A stretch of 34,612 bases of DNA from Lysobacterales bacterium (GTDB taxonomy: Bacteria; Pseudomonadota; Gammaproteobacteria; Xanthomonadales; SZUA-5), in the NCBI GenBank assembly GCA_041745855.1, contig JBGTIE010000568.1, positions 1-34,612 of the forward strand. The letters are read 5' to 3'. The first letter of the stretch is position 1, and every line of letters starts with the position of its first letter. Of the stretch, positions 30,401-34,612 are shown in pieces. Made by a program: the position numbers and the translations under genes. The notes under the pieces are model-generated. The model worked only from the letters and a program-made list of their open reading frames with translations, had not been told where the DNA came from and did no database searches.

Positions 30401-32756
30401 GCATCTCGTCGAACAGCAGCTGAAACAATTCGGCACGGCTGGCAGCATCCAGTCGACCCAAGACCGAGTCTTGCGGAACAAAGAGGCTTTCCTCGCTGCA
30501 GAATTCCTGCATGCCTCGATAACGAATTGCCAGCAGGCCCAATTGGTCCAGATTGGGGTTGTTGAATCGCCAGCCCCGACGCAAGTCTCGAAGCAAGCGA
30601 TAGCCAATGACAAACCGGAGTGTGCGCTGTGCCTCCTGCCGCGCCAGCCCCATCAGTTTGGGTGAACGCAGGTACTCAGACAGTGTCGCTACGTCAACCT
30701 GCTGAAATCCAAGTGAGGTGAAGACCGCATCAGCGAGGTGCTCTTCAGTGAGCACGCCCTGGCTTGCCTTGAGTGCTCCGATCAATGCCGCGCGCAAGGT
30801 GAGCAGAAAGACGAAGTCGTTGAAGTGACCCGCCTGCAGTGCAGCATCCTGACGGTTGTCGGAAAAGCCAAGCAGCTTGCGCGGATCAGGCATTCCTGCT
30901 GGAAGGTCAGCCTGCCGGAAGAGCAGACTGAGTGCGCTGACGGTAAGCATCGTCGTCGCCGAAGACCTGCCCTCACCCGAGAGGCTGGAAAGGCGGTTGA
31001 TGTCCTTGCCATGCGCCTCGTGAACCTCCCTACAGGCCAAACAGAAGCGAAACTTTCCTGGAATGAACCAGTAGGGCTCGCCGCGACCCTCCAGACCTTG
31101 CGCATCGACTCGTGTCGGTGTGGGTACAGCTGCTCGGTAGCTGGACTTGACCTTCGGCTCCGATCTGGTGAGGTCCAGCCACCCTTCCGGGAGATCCTCA
31201 ATGCTGCCGGTGTAGGCTAACTGGTCGGACTGCGGGCACAGGAAGCCAAACCGGGCAGCGTCCGCATCCTCGGCGGTCATGTCATCAATTTCCCGCGGAT
31301 CGAACTGGATGTGACTTCCCTGTTCAGTTCGCCAGACCGGGTGGTACTCCTGGCCACAATCGCGACAGAAATGCGCCGGGTACAAGCGCACTCCCTCGCC
31401 TTGCCGTCCTGGAGCGAAGCGTTGCGCATCCAGGGTAACGTGCCGCTTTCCGGGTGCCTCAAGAGTCGTCAGAACTTTTCCGGGGCCACTGATGAACTGA
31501 TGCAGCTTGAAGGCGAATGGCGCTCGGCCCAGCGGTGTCCTGAGCTCGTTGGCGGCAACCAGGAATCGCTGCAATGCCGTCTTGGCTTCTCCTTGGGAGC
31601 ACCCTGCATCGACCATCAGTCGTTGGCTGGCCTGGTGCAGCGTGACTGGCCTGGCCCGGCGCGGCGCTTCGTCACCATTGAGCTCAATTCCTAGCGTCAG
31701 CTCGACCCAGATCGCCAAGGGCGACTTCTGGAAGGCCCCTAGATCTGGCCAGGAAAACTCCTCACGCTGCACTTCAGCGAGCAGGAGCGGACAAACGGCC
31801 GCTACGTCTTTCGACTGGTCGGTCACTCGCTCCAGCGTCTCACCGATGACATCGTGCTCGGAAACCCGGACACCGAAAAGCTTGCTGGCCACGTCGGCAA
31901 CCGTTCTGTTTCGATCGGCCGGGTTCCCTGCGCTGGACATGGTGGCCGAGGTGCCAATGCAGACCAGATCCTCCGCATTGAGCCGCTCTCGCAGTCGCCG
32001 AACCAACATCGCTACATCCGCACCTTGCCGACCGCGGTAGGTGTGAAGTTCGTCGAGCACCAGAAACTGTAGGCCACGACAGTGCTCGACAACGCGCCGA
32101 TCCGTGTCGTCGTGCCGAGTCATGATCAGCTCAAGCATCATGAAGTTGGTCAGCAGGATGTCGGGCGGGCAATCCGCAATCTGAAGTCGCTCGCTCTGGC
32201 TTTCCTGGCCCGTGTAGCGGCCCACGGTGAAGGGTCTGGATCCTTCGGGAAAGTCGCACAGAAACTTCTCCAGCTCCTCCATCTGGCTGTTGGCCAGCGC
32301 ATTCATCGGGTAAATCACGATGGCGCAGGTGCGAGGAGCACTATCCACGGACTTGCTGCGCAGGACGTGATCCACGATGGGCAGGAAGAACGAGAGGGAC
32401 TTTCCAGAGCCCGTTCCAGTTGTGACCACGAAGCTCTGCTTTGACTTTCCCTTCGCCAGTGCCTCGATCTGGTGGGCGAACAGCTGCAGGGGTCTGGGGT
32501 CACCCTCGGGCTTGCCGGAAAGGAACAGAGTCGCGCAACCTGGATGCAGCTCACCATGCTCAGACAGCGTCTGAACGGTCGCCTTGCGTTGATAGTTGGG
32601 ATTGATCTGAATCAGTGGCTCGGGCCAATACCGGCCTGCCGCATACTCGCTATCGACCGCGTCTCTTATGTCGCCAGCGGCGATGCGCGTGAAGCTTCGG
32701 GAGAACTCGCTGTAGTCCGAAACGACCTGGTCTCGAAACCGGAAGACATCTTCCAT
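27480..32756 (-). CDS. 1758-aa DEXH helicase fused to a DUF1998 (MrfA-type Zn-binding) module: DrmA+DrmB fusion / DruE-like
   Basis: Motifs by residue number (my count):
- GTGSGKS, 114-120.
- DELH, 235-238.
- SAT, 270-272.
- FSDNRQDAA, 631-639.
- QRSGRAGR, 1036-1043.
- YRYLASQGFLPGYNFPR, 1242-1258.
- CSQC..CEHC, 1336-1360.
- CEAGCYRC, 1616-1623.
The ATG is at 32756 with GAGGGA upstream. Confidence 0.9.
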   Translation of the reverse strand: MEDVFRFRDQVVSDYSEFSRSFTRIAAGDIRDAVDSEYAAGRYWPEPLIQINPNYQRKATVQTLSEHGELHPGCATLFLSGKPEGDPRPLQLFAHQIEALAKGKSKQSFVVTTGTGSGKSLSFFLPIVDHVLRSKSVDSAPRTCAIVIYPMNALANSQMEELEKFLCDFPEGSRPFTVGRYTGQESQSERLQIADCPPDILLTNFMMLELIMTRHDDTDRRVVEHCRGLQFLVLDELHTYRGRQGADVAMLVRRLRERLNAEDLVCIGTSATMSSAGNPADRNRTVADVASKLFGVRVSEHDVIGETLERVTDQSKDVAAVCPLLLAEVQREEFSWPDLGAFQKSPLAIWVELTLGIELNGDEAPRRARPVTLHQASQRLMVDAGCSQGEAKTALQRFLVAANELRTPLGRAPFAFKLHQFISGPGKVLTTLEAPGKRHVTLDAQRFAPGRQGEGVRLYPAHFCRDCGQEYHPVWRTEQGSHIQFDPREIDDMTAEDADAARFGFLCPQSDQLAYTGSIEDLPEGWLDLTRSEPKVKSSYRAAVPTPTRVDAQGLEGRGEPYWFIPGKFRFCLACREVHEAHGKDINRLSSLSGEGRSSATTMLTVSALSLLFRQADLPAGMPDPRKLLGFSDNRQDAALQAGHFNDFVFLLTLRAALIGALKASQGVLTEEHLADAVFTSLGFQQVDVATLSEYLRSPKLMGLARQEAQRTLRFVIGYRLLRDLRRGWRFNNPNLDQLGLLAIRYRGMQEFCSEESLFVPQDSVLGRLDAASRAELFQLLFDEMRRGLCLESRYLDPTEQDKARNSAFSYLHERWAFAPDESLETARFLILDRRPEYRGRPRTDVVAGGPRSRLLKRVKSSKVWKATPFADQTHAWRETEWAELIKAMLQAAALYGYVHKLAVDNELVGWRLNAAAMDWCLVSEDPKPSAANTFFRQLYLQIGELLRQPGHPLFEFEAQEHTAQVEASRRQWLEQRFRYSEKDRKDWAQNPAHETPLERLPVMFCSPTMELGVDISALNTVFLRNVPPTPANYAQRSGRAGRSGQQALVITYCAAQSPHDQWFFSHADEMVHGVVKPPTLDLANRDLLESHLRAIWLASTRVELDSSIAPLLDLDLPGKPVKGPLHELLSATDVLARARTSARTVAARLRESLQEVDWFTEDYVDKVIEGSPGMFSGALERWRVLFDSTRKQMDLADQIVKSHTATHGERQNASRRYGDAARQYAVLLKSGNSQGTDFYTYRYLASQGFLPGYNFPRLPLMAWIPARGGSGAGAADDEGNMVSRPRFLALSEFGPRSLIYHQGRMYRVVRAKLNVGAAEHVSGSGLLSTIASRICSQCGYGHLGEPGDPEPLAERCEHCDALLTEGDWVKQLYRIETVETVAVERISINDEDRQRQGFELQTTYRFMPGPDGEIQKRQAEVRLGEDVLAGLVYTPSARLWRINRGWRRRKNKEQLGFYINPITGTWSKQDDPTADDSSQNADEASIDKIPNQRIVPFVEDHRNLLTLSPVRPLSLTTMATLQAALKRGIEMSFQIEESELVAEPLPTSDNRRALMFYESAEGGAGVLTRLATDPDALAQVASAALELMHYKAPEGVWIRSELDQWEERRNGIATCEAGCYRCLLSYFNQPDHDHINRRDSDVLDLLVALAQSRVSLTSHVGSTPDDDPNPSSSEWLQALRTRGLREPDALNVVVAGGAASAAGQYRQSRALVFIDPLADHLRSLLVDKGWQVLDFSDQARWSELFSLHPTVFGSTQN

Positions 32757-32930
32757 CTGTCCCTCGCCCCCTGAATGGACTCTGATCTTTCGGGATTCGG
32801 TCCAGGCTGTAGCCGTGCCTGACTGTCCGATCTACCCAGCAACGCAGCATACCGGGAACAGTGCGGATCTCGGCAGAGTTGGATATTGGGTCATAGCCAT
32901 GCGTTGCGCGGTCGCGAAAAGCGACCAGCT

Positions 32931-34235
32931 TCATCCAGTAAGGCCAAACCGCCCAAGCACCACTTTCCGGCCTTCCTCGATCTGACTCTCGACGAAATCC
33001 GCCCACCACTGCAGCATCTGCCGCCGCTGGTCGAGCCATTCGGCCTTGTTGTAGACCCTTCGGACGCCCTTGCCTTCGTGGGCGAGGGACTTCTCGATCC
33101 AGTCGGCATTGAAGCCGGATTCGTTGAGATGGGTGGATGCGGTGCGGCGGAAGTCGTGGATCACGAAGTCGCGCACGTCGACCTGCAGTGCCCTGATCGC
33201 CACGTTCAAGGTTGACTTGCTGATGGGGCGCTTGAGCGAGCTCCGGCTGGGAAAGACCCATTCCGAGCCGCAGGCCAGCGGCTGCAGTTCCTCGAACATG
33301 GCGAGGGCCTGATCGGCGAGTGGGACGACGTGGGCGCGGTCCTTCTTCATGCGTTCGGCGGGAATGGTCCAGGTGCGCGCCTTGAGGTCGAGTTCCCCCC
33401 AGCGGGCTTCGATGAGTTCCGACTTGCGCACCATGCACAGAATCAGCAGATGCAAGGCCAGCTTGTGAGCGCGCTTCATGCTTGACTGGTAGATGGCTCG
33501 CAGCAACTTGCCGAGCTCGTCCGGCGTCAACGCCACTTCCCGGCTACGCGCGACCGCAACGAATCGGGCTTCGATCGCGGCCGCCGGATTGAACTGGATC
33601 TTCTGCCGCGCTATCGCATAGGCGAACAACCGCTTCATGATGTTTCGGGTTTGCAGGGCCATCTGATCGGCACCGCGGGCCTTGATGGTGTCGGTGATGC
33701 TCAGCACGTCGTCGACCGAGACATCCTTCAGTTGCTTGGCGCCGATCGCCGGAATGACGTCCTTCTCCAGCGCGCGCTGGATGTTGCGGCTGTTGCTGTT
33801 GGCGGGTTCGGCGACCTCGCGGAACCAGTGCCACGCGAAGGCTTCGACGTTGTCGGAAGCGCGCTGCTCTTCCACCACCGCGCGCTGCCGGGCGACGGTC
33901 TGGGCGCACCAGGTGCTGACAAACAGATCGGCCTGTTCGCGGGTGTGCGGCGGGGCATCCGCCGGAACCGGGTCGCCACGGGTCAAGGCCATCGGCGACA
34001 GGCCACGCTTGGCGAGATTCTTCGCCGCATCGCGCCATTGGCGGGCATCGGCCAGCGTCCACGCGGGATAGGTTCCGAGCGTGACCTTCTCCTGCTTGTC
34101 TGCAAGCCGGTAGCGCAGCCGCCAGGCTTTGGTGCCGCCCGGCATGACCTCCACGAACAGACCGCCGCCGTCGGCGACTGGGTAAGGCTTTGGTTGCGGC
34201 TTGAGGTTTCGGAGCTTGGTATCGGTCAGCGCCAT
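32931..34235 (-). CDS. int: P4/SGI1-like tyrosine integrase of the island
   Basis: The track ORF is 32931..34304. I set the start at ATG 34235 (MALTDTKLRNLKPQPKPYPVADGGGLFVEV..., a DUF4102-type arm-binding N-terminus). The catalytic region shows MVRKSEL, HDFRRTAST and LAHEGKGVRRVYNK. It lies adjacent to the att repeat in mnmE. Confidence 0.9.
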   Translation of the reverse strand: MALTDTKLRNLKPQPKPYPVADGGGLFVEVMPGGTKAWRLRYRLADKQEKVTLGTYPAWTLADARQWRDAAKNLAKRGLSPMALTRGDPVPADAPPHTREQADLFVSTWCAQTVARQRAVVEEQRASDNVEAFAWHWFREVAEPANSNSRNIQRALEKDVIPAIGAKQLKDVSVDDVLSITDTIKARGADQMALQTRNIMKRLFAYAIARQKIQFNPAAAIEARFVAVARSREVALTPDELGKLLRAIYQSSMKRAHKLALHLLILCMVRKSELIEARWGELDLKARTWTIPAERMKKDRAHVVPLADQALAMFEELQPLACGSEWVFPSRSSLKRPISKSTLNVAIRALQVDVRDFVIHDFRRTASTHLNESGFNADWIEKSLAHEGKGVRRVYNKAEWLDQRRQMLQWWADFVESQIEEGRKVVLGRFGLTG

Positions 34236-34274
34236 GGCATTCCCCCGTGATGTGTGCCCATGGGTGAAAGGCTG

Positions 34275-34304
34275 GTGTGCCCAGATTGTCCGATCTGGGC
34301 ACAC
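34275..34304. promoter_or_regulatory. Perfect 12-bp inverted repeat with 6-bp spacer upstream of int; candidate operator or core/arm-type site
   Basis: The sequence is GTGTGCCCAGAT-tgtccg-ATCTGGGCACAC, 40-70 nt upstream of the proposed int start. Both arms contain the TGGGCAC heptamer that is also repeated nearby. Confidence 0.5.
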
Positions 34305-34314
34305 TTGGCGGCTT

Positions 34315-34335
34315 CATGGGCACAACCATGGGCAC
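34315..34335 (+). repeat. Two CATGGGCAC copies 12 bp apart; candidate arm-type sites (mnmE-proximal arm)
   Basis: The sequence is CATGGGCACaacCATGGGCAC. It has the same motif, phasing and orientation as 4077-4097. An inverted copy (GTGCCCAT) lies at 34254-34261. Confidence 0.4.
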
Positions 34336-34436
34336 ATTATGCCATGGATGCAGTAGGACTTTGTCGGATCGCATCGGAACGGAAGTGCTGCTTTTGCTTG
34401 CAGTAGCGCGGTTCCATTGGAACGGCTCGGTCGGCT

Positions 34437-34470
34437 TCGGAACCGAATCTACTTGCCGATGCAGAAGCTC
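34437..34470. repeat. mnmE-proximal att direct repeat
   Basis: It is identical to 3987-4020. It covers the last six mnmE codons (SFCIGK), the TAG stop (34449-34451) and 12 nt of 3' flank. Confidence 0.85.
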
Positions 34471-34612
34471 CCAAAAATCTCCCCCAGCAGGTCGTCGGCG
34501 TTGAAGCGGCCGGTGATTTCGGCGAGCGCTTCCTGGGCGAGGCGGAGGTCTTCGGCGACGAGTTCGGCGCCGAGCTGGTCGACGAGCGCACTGCTGGCGC
34601 GGTGGAGGTGGG
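34449..34612 (-). CDS. mnmE: 3' end of tRNA modification GTPase MnmE (TrmE), truncated by the right window edge
   Basis: The minus-strand frame is not in the ORF track because it is edge-truncated. It reads [53 protein letters not shown]. The ...ITG.F..DDLLG.IFS.FCIGK end is the invariant MnmE C-terminus. The listed ORF 34337..34591 is the wrong frame. Confidence 0.85.
   Translation of the reverse strand, partial: HLHRASSALVDQLGAELVAEDLRLAQEALAEITGRFNADDLLGEIFGSFCIGK

Larger units (their letters stand above)
3987..34470. mobile_element. Genomic island of about 30.4 kb integrated in the 3' end of mnmE (repeats included)
   Basis: It has 34-bp perfect direct repeats at both ends and an integrase next to the mnmE-proximal repeat. 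The cargo consists of defence, recombinase and accessory genes. Composition is heterogeneous: single 60-nt lines give 35-38% G+C in 6014-7201 versus about 63% in the defence operon. Confidence 0.8.

Noticed and set aside
32910-32926. Hairpin GGTCGC-gaaaa-GCGACC just downstream of the integrase stop as a terminator
   Set aside because: The stem is only 6 bp and there is no U-tract in the minus-strand orientation. It may contribute to termination or to the helicase promoter region, but the support is too thin to annotate.
34381-34470. tRNA or tmRNA gene as the integration target
   Set aside because: I could find no cloverleaf or acceptor/T-arm structure. The repeat is fully explained by the 3' end of the mnmE coding sequence.
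34337-34591. Listed 84-aa minus-strand ORF at the right edge
   Set aside because: It is the wrong reading frame over the end of mnmE. The neighbouring frame gives the invariant ...FCIGK* MnmE terminus.
1-34612. CRISPR arrays, rRNA genes, IS elements with terminal inverted repeats, retron or toxin-antitoxin RNAs
   Set aside because: I saw no regularly spaced 25-40-bp repeats, no transposase-like ORFs and no rRNA-like segments while reading the window. The only repeat families found are those reported above.

Overview
This is a high-GC proteobacterial chromosome segment (about 63% G+C in hand-counted sample lines) in three parts.

(1) 1-2542 is a core sulfide/persulfide-stress locus of the BigR/Blh type. 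It holds an edge-truncated DUF442-like gene, an MBL-fold persulfide-dioxygenase-like gene, a two-Cys ArsR/BigR-type repressor, and a divergent pair of half-size YeeE/YedE membrane proteins.

(2) 2543-34470 is horizontally acquired DNA stacked at the 3' end of mnmE (trmE).
- A 34-bp perfect direct repeat carries the last six mnmE codons, the stop codon and 12 nt of flank. It occurs at 34437-34470 and 3987-4020 and bounds an island of about 30.4 kb.
- A P4/SGI1-like tyrosine integrase sits at the mnmE-proximal end of that island.
- Left of the inner repeat lies a decayed second island: a frameshifted integrase fragment of about 104 bp plus a Fic-type 'mobile mystery protein' A/B pair.

(3) 34449-34612 (minus strand) is the last 53 codons of mnmE (...FCIGK*).

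Island cargo:
- A six-gene, tightly coupled minus-strand defence operon: a 1758-aa DEXH helicase fused to DUF1998 (DrmA+DrmB / DruE-like), an SNF2 helicase (DrmD-like), a 1477-aa N6-adenine methyltransferase (DrmMI-like), a 647-aa coiled-coil ABC/SMC-like ATPase, a DUF3800 protein and a 162-aa orphan. It lacks the PLD nuclease of canonical DISARM.
- An HNH nuclease cluster.
- An internal AlpA / HTH-Zn-ribbon / tyrosine-recombinase module preceded by twin perfect palindromes.
- A 2OG-Fe(II) oxygenase / AlaX-like / secreted M23 peptidase operon.
- A compositionally mosaic ECF-transporter operon. It ends in a very low-GC orphan gene and an AdoHcy-hydrolase-like / HemK-like methyltransferase fusion.

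I saw no rRNA, tRNA or CRISPR array. All family calls are motif-level readings made by eye, with no database search.
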